NCBI RefSeq assembly: GCF_037042905.1
Contig: NC_087251.1
Coordinates: 8,124,001-8,188,000, forward strand
Length of the DNA: 64,000 nt
Direction: 5' to 3'
DNA from: Lytechinus pictus
Taxonomy: Eukaryota
Shown here: in pieces, positions 28,701-40,700 of the stretch
Position numbering within the stretch: position 1 is the first letter of the stretch
How the letters are laid out: every line of letters starts with the position of its first letter
The notes under the pieces: model-generated
Told to the model about the DNA's origin: nothing
The model's input: the letters and a program-made list of their open reading frames with translations, nothing else
The model's database searches: none
Position numbers and translations under genes: made by a program

Positions 28701-31700
28701 TTATAGTTCCAATTTTCCTGATTGAAACCAAGTACAATTTAAGAGAATGGGTCAATGTGATATTTCATACAGTATCTTGTTGTCCACCAGGTGAAGGGCT
28801 ATATGGCAGATATTATAAAAAATATTAATATATATTTTTTTAGTTACATTTACATGAACGTGACAGGTAACTCATCTAATCTTTGGAGTATAAAGTAAGC
28901 ATTTGAAAGATGAGAAATGTTCTTCAAATAGACCAATACTCATGTGTGCCTACTCTCATCATCACTGTCTTCTCCTAGCACATGAAACACATTCTAATTT
29001 GACTATATTTTGACAAGAACTGAAAATCCTTTGCATGTTCCGTGGTTGTTTTTTTAACAATGTGGAATATACAGTACATTTTTTGACAAAAATATTGATG
29101 TTTTAGAGAAAAATTGAATAAACCAGAAATATCACTGAAGGTGGATTAAAGGGATGCTCCAGGCTGAAAATAGTATAATTTGAACAGATATCAGATAAAA
29201 TAAAACACTGATAATTTGATCAAAATCGGATAAGGAATCAGAGTTATGGTATTTTAAAGATTTGCATTATTCCAGTGAAACAGTTCTATGCATGTCTTCA
29301 TTAATATTCAGCAAGCAAACAATGATGTCATATCCTCACTTGTTCTTTTGTATTTTATTATATGAAATTAGGTTTATACAATTTTTTTCCTCTAAGAATT
29401 AAAAATATTGGATTGACAACTGATTCAGTGCATTAGATATGTACTGCTCCAACTTATTTCATAAGGGAGACATAACATTAGCACATGTAAACAAAATCAA
29501 ACAATTATGATTCCATGTAATAACATTTAAAAAAGGAAAGTGGGGATGTGACATTATCAGCCCATCTAATGAATATTAGTAGTTCAATCTGCATGATGTC
29601 TACACATTAGTTGTTGTAATATGCCGTTACCATGGCTACGCACTTTCCAACACATAGAAAAATATGTCTTACCCACTTTTTCACCAAGACCAATGTGTGA
29701 GCCAAATTTCATGAGAATAGGTTGAAAGCTGATGAAATATTTCAAACCGCAAGATTTTCCACTATTTAGTAGGGGTATACAAATTCAGATTCCCAATTGA
29801 CTTTTTACAGGTGGCACCACTTCCAGCTGGTGCCACATATTTATTATTAAAGGACAAGTCCCCCCCACCAATAAAAAGTTGATTTGAATAAAAAGAGAAA
29901 AATCCAACAAGTGTAACACTGAAAATTTCATCAAAATTTGATGTAAAGTATTAAAGAGTTATGACATTTTAAAGTTTTGCTTAATTTCACAAAATAATTA
30001 TGCACATCCCGGTTGGTATGCAAATGAGGGAACTGATGACATTACTCACTCACTATTTTTTTGGTATTTTGTTATATGAAATATGAAATATTGTAATTTT
30101 CTCCTCATTGCCCTCATTGAAACAAAGTTTTATTTCTCCCTGAACATCTGGAATTACCCCCAGGGGGGGGGGGCACTCAGTATATAATGCATAGTGGGTA
30201 TGTGCCGCGGAGGGGACCCCCATTTTTACTCTCAAATTTCCGTTCCAGGGCATAGCATTTTCATCTTAATATAATATTGAGAAAAAGAACTAAGAAAGCC
30301 GCTCCGAAGCATAGCATTTTCTTCTTATCGAGAGAAAAGAAGAAAGAAATCCGCTCCAAAGCTTCGCATATTTTTCGTTACGCCGTTCCAGTTGCATTGA
30401 TCAGCCACAATGAGCTGCAATTTTGGTGAAAAGCGACCGCAGAGCGCTGTCCGACCATCGCCACTGCGCGAGCGCTGGGCTAGCTGCATACACGTATGCC
30501 CGTTCCATAGGGATGCACACGCAGGCGACCTGTTTCAAGGACCCTCGTTTTCACAAACATTTGTAGTTTCGAAGCCCATTCCGAGGACCCTCCTTTTTAC
30601 AATAAGTCCGCTCCAAGGCCCCCGGTTTTTGTCTTGCCCGCAGCACATACCCACCACTTTTTTGGTCGAGTACCCCCCCCCCCCCGGGGAATTACCATTG
30701 TTCATTTTATGGCTCAGTCAAGTTGGTCCTTATTGCCAAATCTGTAAAAATTAAAGTTATGTATAATTCAAACAATAAAAAAACAAAAGAAATAATGAGG
30801 GATATCAGCAATTCCCTCATTTGCATTTGTGATTAAATTGTGCATATATTAACTATTTGGTGAAAAATAAACAAAATTTTAAAATGTCATAACTTTCTTA
30901 TTTTACATCTGATTTTGATGACATTTTTAGCATTATGCTTGTCTGATTTTTCTCTATTGATTGACCTTTGTGAACTCGAGTTTTCACCCCACAGCAATTG
31001 ATGCAAATTTCTATATCATTATTTTAGGAATTTTCAGCTTTAAATTGACATGAAAATTGTTAAGATAAAAATATTGACATGAATAAACTACTTTTGTATG
31101 TAAAAGCACCACCCTAGTTGTTAAGTGACCTCAAATGTTTGTCGCAAACGCCAAATTTTGAGTGGAAGATTGCTTCGATGTTCTAGAAAAAATACATGGA
31201 TACATTACATGTCCATGCAAATTTCTTTTTTCTGCGACATCTAACAAGGATGACATTTACATGCGGTATACAAATCCCTGAGGAAATACAACCATCCTTC
31301 TCTCTCAATAAACTATGACAGTGGTGCTGATAAACTCAATCGAGAGCATCTTACAAAACACATTTCTGCAAATGAAATTCCCTGCAGTAACACAGTCTCT
31401 TACTTATTATTTCTCCTCACTAAAGACAAACCACCACAATTATCACCATAGCTTTAAGCTTTTCTCCCTTGTTTTCCTCCTTTCTACTTAAGCTTGGCTT
31501 GTAAAAATCTGTTAAATTGAGGTGTAAAGTATAGACTGTTTTAATTAAAAGGAAAAATAATAAGAATGAGATTGTGAAAGAGAGGGGAGAAAGAGATCCA
31601 CAAGACAAGATATCCTTCAGTATCTAGTATTATGGTACAATGCTTCACTTTGCAATTCAATAATTTCCTCCATAATAAACAGATAGAAGATGCTTTATAT

Positions 31701-34700
31701 TCAAACTCAGTTTTAAACCCCTACATGTATAAGAGAATTCAGAGAAATTCCCCGGGCTACGACAAGCAAACTACGATTGCAGCTGTACTTGCTCAATTTG
31801 CACTGTATCTTTCACTACCAAACTAGGTTACACCAATGATCCAATATTGACATTCATCCTCAGGTTTAGTTTGTTGTAAAACTAGCAGAAAGAATAATAA
31901 AAAATATCGGTGAAGGTTTGAGGAAAATCTGTTAAAGATTAGAAAGTTATTAAAATTTTAAGTTTTGTATAAATTGTGATGTCAAAAACGAGCAGCTGCC
32001 CCACACGTTATGTAATATGAAATGCATAAATTTCATTTTTTTTAAATGGTTCCTGATGACTTATTTTTGTTTTCTATTCATGATCGGTGTGAAATGATTT
32101 GTCTTTTGATATACTGATGGTACAGTTAAAAAACATTTTAAAATTTCATTTTTTTACCATTCGCTATTTAGGAATGCTGCTTGCATATGACGTCACAAAT
32201 CAAATAATTACAATTCTGATAACTTTATAATTCTATGATGGATTTTTCTCAAACCTTTGGTAATATTTCTTATTATTTTTTCTGTTATTTTTACAATAAA
32301 CTTTTTATCAGGGTGAACTTCCCCTTCAAGGGGATCTTAAGCAATATGGAGAGACGACAAACTGTAATTGGTCTCCATGACATGTAAAACATTATTTAGT
32401 ACTGGTACATGTACATTGTTTGCAATCATTGGTTTTCCAAGAGCAGCTAAAATTGCTTGCAAATATTTTTTATGTGAATGATTTTAAATCAATTTCTTAA
32501 AAGTGTTTTATTTGTGTGCTGCAGTCATTCCTTCAATAGCACAAACTAGAAAGTCAAGCAATATCCTAAAAATAGTTAAACTCATGACTTATTAAAGTGG
32601 ATGTGCTCAGTAGTCACCATATCATATACATGTAGCAATGAAATGTTACAAGTTTCCTGTTAAAGTTTAATTTTACATGAAAAGACATTTCTGGCACTTA
32701 CCCAGTGGATAAGACAGCCATATTTTATCTGAAAAAGAAGTTTGAATGTTTGTATTTTGTAACCTTTCAGGAATATCTTCAAACTTATTTTACAGATTAA
32801 AGATGTTGTCTTACTTAATTGGGTGCATGCCACTGAGAAATGTTTTAACATTACATGTACAACGAGCAATGGTGTTGAAATCTTATTTTTTTGCCAATGT
32901 GAGGGCCCTGTCACACCTTTCTGTTCAAGCATTGGGTTTGTCTTGAGGAGAATAAGTTTTGTAATACTACATGGGTCACTGCAGATGACATGCAATAGAC
33001 CAGTTCGTAGTTACATCAGAGACAATTTTGGTCAAATGACCTTTCATTTATTTCATTATGATAGGCAGATTTCAAAGCAGGATATAACATACATGTATGC
33101 ATGCCTTACATAGCAGGATGAAGAAATTGAATTATACCAGGTGGGTGTTTCATAAAGCTGTTCGTAAGATAAGAGCGACTTTAAGAACTACTGGTGATCC
33201 TTCCTTGTGGTAAATGGTATATTGATTGGCGATGGTTTAGCGCGTAAGAAAGGATCACCAGTCGTTCTTAAAGTCGCTCTTAACTTACAAACAGCTTTAT
33301 GAAACGGCCCCCAGGTGACTAGAATAGCACACCATTGAAGACTCCTTGAAGGTATTTGTTGCATTTCTACTTTGAATGCATATTATAGCATGTTGGACAA
33401 TGTACTTGGCAAACTGCAGTGAAATACCAGTCGTGGACGCATTTTTGTTCTTTGTGGATGCAAATGAAAAACACAATTGAAAAGAATAATCAAGACACCA
33501 AAGTTGGTGCTTATCTCATTAAATTTTAAACCACCATGCCACTTTAGTACAAATGACCTTTCTCTGATCATGCGCAGAATCTTCTGATCATGCGCAGAAT
33601 GGAACTACGAACTGGCTTATTGACAGTAACTAGCATGATTGTATCTCGCACATAGCAAACAGCCAAGTAACTTGTTAAGGGTATTTGCAGGTGATTACCT
33701 GCAGAGGTCCACCCATAACATCAGTAGGACACCCATAGAAGCCACAAGTCACAGGCAGTTAACCAATTGAAGTACATACCATACATGTATAAATTACCCA
33801 TGGATCTATGGCTACTCGCTAGAAACAAGTGTAACCAGCACGCATTCTATGAACATAATATGGGTGCTTTCTTGGTGAAGAGTGGTGTTAATGCTGCTAC
33901 ATATATCATCCATGTAGCTGGTGCATACATGGTGAGGCCGAGTCACTGCCTTTCTGAAGGTTGGCTGCAACCAAGATAATGATCAATGTTCTTTGAAGAC
34001 CTCTGCCATATCACCCAGGCTTGCACCTCAGAGGCAGGAAACCCACAGGCACCCATATGCCACCTGTTACTATAACAAAACTTTCACCCACCATCCACGT
34101 ACCTAACACACGTAATAAACACATAAAGTTGTAAGCAGAATGGAAGTAACACACATCCAGCGATTAAGATGCAAGCAAAATTTGCTAATATCTTTGTCTA
34201 CCCATAGAAATATTGTTCCAAGATGGTAAATCCATGTTCAAGCCTGCATAGCCTGCAGGGATCAATGTTTCCAAGAAAAGTGACATATAATGCAATTTTG
34301 CCATTTTAGCTAATGTTCTGTTAAATGTTTTTACTTATCATCATCATTATTTTTTGTTTCCAAATCAAGATCTACTCTGGCAAATCATAGCATTTGAAAT
34401 GATAGCACTCAAATGTTTAACATCGATTCAACAGCATTCTGATCAAAATGTCATTCCACTTTTGGAGCAAGACAAGTTAGGTATGAAACTGATGTCTATC
34501 TTATATAATCTATAATAATACTTGCAGTAGGGGAATCAGAGAATGCTTGCATTTGTTCTGTTGTTGACCACCTAAGAACAAACTTTGAAGTTGTTCTAAC
34601 TAGCCATTTTCCAATATCAAAATTGGACTTTAATACCCCATGGGTCTTCAGGTATGATGATGCAGTATGTGCATGCATACTCTAAAGAAATAGTGTGAGA

Positions 34701-37700
34701 AAATCGGACTTTATCTGAGAAGAAAGTGAGGAATACAGATATCTTGGGAAAGTGTATTTCTTCTTTCTTCCTTTACTGGATTATTCAAACATATCTCTGG
34801 AGACTCATTAGATGCTGTTTCCTAAATTCATATTACAGGAAAGATGGTAAAACCATCATAGCAGGAATGCAACATTTTTTTAAATCAAAACGTGCAGAAA
34901 GACATATCACAAGTGAATGGTTAAAACCTTATTGTTTTTTTTTTATTTAGGTCAGTTCAGAGAAAGTGTTGAAGGGTGGCAACTTCATATACATGTAGTT
35001 GGAAAACGGTATCCTAATTCCTGTAGAGAACTCTTTCTAAGCAAAAGAAGGTTACCACTTGAAGTTGTCATAACTCTAACATGGAGCTTTATCTGAGATG
35101 TCCTAAAAATTTCTTAATTTGGATATACTGGTACAAAAAGGTTTAACAGTCCACCAATGACACAAACTTAGAATTTGGTTATATACTTTTAAAATAATAC
35201 CTTTTGCCTGTCTTGGTTTTAGCTGGTACTGGTTCTTTAACTGTTATAATTTTCTGGAGGGTGTGTACTGGTTGATTGGTTGATGCTCCTTGAAGAGACC
35301 CAGGGAAACAGGATTTGAAGAGCCTTTCCACCCTTCCACCAATGGGTACCTGAAACAAAACAGATGGTTCTATCATCAATAAACTTTACCATGATTCATA
35401 ACATTCCCTAGATGACAATTACAGGTTGTATGCATTTCAGAAAACAAACCTATAAAATCTAAAACTATGAAAATTTGAATACCTGTTAGTCTACAAAAAC
35501 ATACATGGTCAAGATTGGTGAGTTTGATATAAAGTAAGCTGTAGAATCTTAAAATTGTTTGAACAAAATACAAACTTCCAAAACAGGATAATTTTAATGA
35601 TACATGTATACAGAAGAATGAAAATTACGATCCAAATCCTGCAGAAGATTATTGTGATTGTGTGTAACACACTGCTTAGAGCAAATGATAAATGGAGGTA
35701 GCATTAAAGATGACTACTATCTGCAGATCTGGCTGAATAACAAGGCACTTTCATCTGCAGCTGCAATCTGTGGAGCAGGTCTCCTATTCTCTGTGGAAAA
35801 GCCCCTACAGCTCAAAACGACAGACACAGGCTTTATTTTTTCTTCAAAATGAGCACCAGAAATCCATCTTAGGAGTATGAATGATAAACAGGAGTAGATA
35901 GGTAGACTGCAATCACACCAAATAACTCATCGTAATCAACTACAATGTAAAGCTAGAAGATTTGATGGCAATCATCTCCCTTCTTCCATGAATATGCAAT
36001 CAACACGAGAAGTCATGTGGAGACATATCTCGTTACTTATGATGGAGGTTGCTTCTCATTTTAATAACCAATAATCATCATTTCCATCTACAGTAGGACT
36101 GAAACTGAGATTATCATAGGAAAAATTAATCACTTGTCCACAAAGATTTCAAAGATATACAGATCTTTAGGACATAATGACACTTACCACGTTAGCTGTT
36201 GAGGACATGATTTTTAAATTGCTTTTACTTGAAAAAAATAAAATATAAAAATTGTGTGTACAAGTGAGACAATTATGTACAATATACAACAGTGTAAAAT
36301 TCATAAGTTTCTAACAAACCAGACCTCTTTCAAAATTATAAATTTTGTTTAATGTAAAAAATAAAAATAGTGGCTTGTAAATGTAGACAGTGGGACCCGA
36401 ATTCACAAAGGTGGTTTTTATAAACAAGTGGAACGCCTCTGGCAGTCTCGCCTGCATTACGCGATTTAATATAGCAGCAGTGCTAACTTTGAAAACTACT
36501 ATATAATAATCATTCACAAAAACACCATTCATATAATGACATAATACCACGTTCATTGACCATAAATGACATTTGAACGGTGACTTAAGACTTGTCAACT
36601 ACACCCATGTCCACATTTCATTCACTCTATCTACAAACTTTCAAAGTTATGATGGCAATTCAGCAATTACCCCAACATTGCCTAAGTTTATTGACCTTAA
36701 CTGACCTTTGACCTTGGTTTTGTGACCTGAAACTCACAGGGGATGTTCAGTGATACTTGATTACTCTTATATCCCAAGTTTTATGAACTAGATCCATAAA
36801 CTTTCAGAGTTACGATGGTAATTCAACAAATACCCCCAACACGGCCAAAGTTCATTGACCTTTAAAGACCTTTGACCATGGTCATGTGACCTGAAACTCG
36901 TACAGGATGTTCAGTGATACTTGATTACTCTTTTGTCCAAGTTTTATGAACTAGATCCGTAAACATTCAGAGTTAGGATGGTAATTTAACAAATACCCCC
37001 AACACGGCCAGAGTTCATTGACCTTAAATGACCATTGACCATGGTCATGTGACCTGAAACTCGCACAGGATATTCAGTGGTACTTAATTAATCTAATGTC
37101 CAAGTTTCATGAACTAGATCCATAAATTTTGAAAGTTATGATGGTAATTCAACAAATACCCCCAACTTGACCAAAGTTCATTGACCCTAAATGACCTTTG
37201 ACCTTGGTCACGTGGCCTGAAACTCAAGCAGGATGTTCACTTTTACTTGATTAACCTTATGCCCAAGTTTCATGAACTAGGTCCATATGCTTTCTAAGTT
37301 ATGATGTCATTTCAAAAACTTAACCTTCGGTTAAGATTTTGAAAATAATTCTCCCAACATGGTCAAAGTTCATTGACCCTAAATGACCTTTGACCTTGAT
37401 CATGTGACCTGAAACTCAGGCAGGATGTTCAGTAATACTTGATTAACCTTATGTCCAAGTTTCATGAACTAGGTCTATAGACTTTCTAAGTTATGATGTC
37501 ATTTCAAAAACTTAACCTTAGGTTAAGATTTGATGTTGACGCCGCCGCCGCCGCCGCCGTCGGAAAAGCGGCGCCTATAGTCTCGCTCTGCTATGCAGGC
37601 GAGACAAAAACCATCGTTCCTGTACAAACTATGCTTATTTACCGCCGCTTATACCGCGTATATCAAAAAATTCCATTGCTGATGCGCGCTTTTGTCACAG

Positions 37701-40700
37701 TGCGTCAAATTGATGCATGTTACCATGGTTAGATACGCTATTTTATTCATGAGTCCACTGTTTGAAGAGTGTACTCATTAATTCAAAACAGTGGACTTAT
37801 GAATAAAATAGCGTACTTAACCGTGGCAACAGGCGTCAATTTGACGCACTGTGACAAAAGCGCGCATCAGCAATGGAATTTTTTATATACGTGCCCGATA
37901 CGCGGTAAATTAAGCATAATTTATACAGGAAATCTGCATAAACCATGGATTCAATCTTGGGTTTTCAAAACCACCTTTGTGAATTCGAGCAAGATGCTGA
38001 AAATTTCATCAAAATCAGATAACAAATAACGAAGTTATTGAATTTTAAATATTTTGTGAAAATAGTTACAAGTACATGTATATGCATGTCATCATGAATA
38101 TTAATTAGGTGGGCTGATGAAGTCACATCCCCACTTTCCTTTTTCATATGTTAGATAGTACATGAAATCATAATTGTTTCATTTTTTCATACATGTGTGA
38201 ATAATGTGTCTCCTTTTCAATTAAATACACTGTAAGTTGCAGCAATGAATATCTAATGCACTAAATCAGTTGACAATCCAATTTTTTCAGTTCTTGGTAT
38301 TAAAAATTTGTATAATAAAATACAAAAGAACAAGTGGACATTTCATAAGTTATCATGCAGAATCCAACGCGCATATTAAATGAGCTGTGACCTTTGACCT
38401 TTGACATGCGGACTCCGAATTCGAACTTAGCCTGTATTTTGATGTCATCTACCTACATACCAAAATGTTTTAAATCCATTAAATATATTTTGAGTTATTG
38501 CGCAGAAACCAAGTGGGGGGAAAGACGGAAGGACGGACGGACAGGAGCAGCGCTTAATGCCCCCTCCAGACTCGGTCTGCGGGGGCATAAAAACCTGTCC
38601 TGATTTCCTGTTGAAACTAAGTCGAAATACTGTATCAAATTTTGTCTGCACCAGAATGAGTTCCTTACTGTATATCCCATTTACATAAAGTGCTTTGAGT
38701 CTAATGGGGCATTGAAAGAAATCATTTGCAAATTTGCAATGGATTGCAAGACCCCTTCTTACAGAGATTTGCAATTGATTCAATCAGTTGACCATAACTA
38801 TGGAAAGCTAACAACATAAACATCTAAAGTGCATGTTTGTTCAAAATATTTTCTAGATATGATGGATATTCATACATTCATTGTTTTCTTGAAAATTCAG
38901 TGTGCTTCCTTTTGTTATCATAACAAAGGAAATTGTGTAAATTTCCTATAGAAAAAAATTATGATATATAGATTTCCATTCATTTGGGGTTGATAAGATC
39001 AATCGTAAGTCTTCTTAAGACGGGCCCTGACCTGCTCCCTGAAACAATAATTGCTACATTAGGCCTACATAGCTAAAATGATATAAAACGTATCAACTAT
39101 AAAATTGCAACAGTTATTTGCAATTGATTGGCATTTAATTAAAAACAGAGGCATGACTGTAAAGCAACTGGAGTCAAGCCCACTACATGTAGGTTTGTCA
39201 GCTTGAGAAATGTTATACTGAATTGCATTTAGGCTTGCAAAAGGCAATTGCACAATAGATTCAATTTATAAAAAGTATAACGCAGCTGTTATTACCTACA
39301 TGTATGTACTGTACAAACACAAGTAGACACTGTACATGTTTCATTTACCAGAAATTATTGATTTTTAAATATTTATTTTTCACAAAAGATCCTCAACCAT
39401 ACTCAAATGACACAAACTTATGAGAATGGAAGGCTAATTGCATGCATTTTTTTTATATTTGCAATTTTACCCTGTCAACATGTACATGTACTGTGGCACA
39501 TGAATGTATGGATGTGTACTAAACCTATCAACAAAGAAGGAAAACTATTAATGTAATCTACTTTCATTAAAGGATAATCATGTAAAGTCAAAGCTTTGAT
39601 CGTATCTATCAAATGATTGGTGGTACATACCAATATTTAAAATCAGTATCGGTCATAAATAATCAATATCAGCAGTTATATTTGTTTTCCTTTATCTCAA
39701 GGTTTTGGAGTATTTTTTTGTCAGAATATATTTTCAAAGTGTTTTGAGGATATATAAAATTTATCATAAATCATTAACACCTCAAAACATGTCCCAACTC
39801 TTGATTGCTTGTTCATTAATCTGGATGTTGGCAACTTCTTTTCCATTTCATTTGCCTTTCAGATTTTGTCAGGAAAATAAATCATTTATCTTCTTGGAGA
39901 AGTCAATACCTATTGGTACTATGAGTAACTGTATAAATGCAACATTTATTCTAAATAATTGCTACAATGTAGCACCTCACTTGGCTCTATTGCTGTTCTG
40001 TTTTTATTATGAAACTAATCTAGGAATTTGGGTAATTACATTTAAAAACAAAATCAACAAGCAAAACAATCACACAATATATTCTTTTCTTGTCCCCCCC
40101 CCCCCCCTTAATTCTTGTCAGGGTGAAAACCATGAAATTGAATAGTATAGAATATGGGATAAAAGAAATATCAATGTAGAAAATTAAATATCACTAGCTG
40201 TAAGCCAAAATTTACTGGGTGGGGTGGAACTATCAGTTAAAGCTTGCTTTAACTCTATACTAATATTCCACACTTCCATGAAACTTTATTTCAAAGCATC
40301 AACAGGGATAACATTGAGTTACTGATGTTGTACATGTAATGTACACAAGTACAGTGTACTGCACACTTAAGACTGTGTCATAACATGCAAAAATTTATGA
40401 AGCATTTTCAATTTGACCCCATGGAAGTCTATCATCTCTACATGCCATTATGAATTATGACTGTTACAGTTTGACAAGTAACAAGCAATGGTTTTATAAT
40501 GACTCACCTTTGAAGAGACACTGCCTGTTCCTGGAGGGATAGTTGAACCTGATACAGTCCTGCTACTTCCAAACAATCCAAAATCATCACTTTTTGTGCT
40601 TTTAACACTTGAATCACCCAGTGTTGATCCATCATTTGAGCTGAACGTTCCAAATTCATCATTTCTGGGGTCCATAACAGAACTAGACGATGGACCAGGA

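Noticed and set aside
30410..30754. 114-aa ORF
   Set aside because: It lies in a GC-rich non-autonomous element and crosses its boundary.
39705..40145. 146-aa plus-strand ORF
   Set aside because: AT-rich intronic composition, non-ATG start and no recognisable domain.
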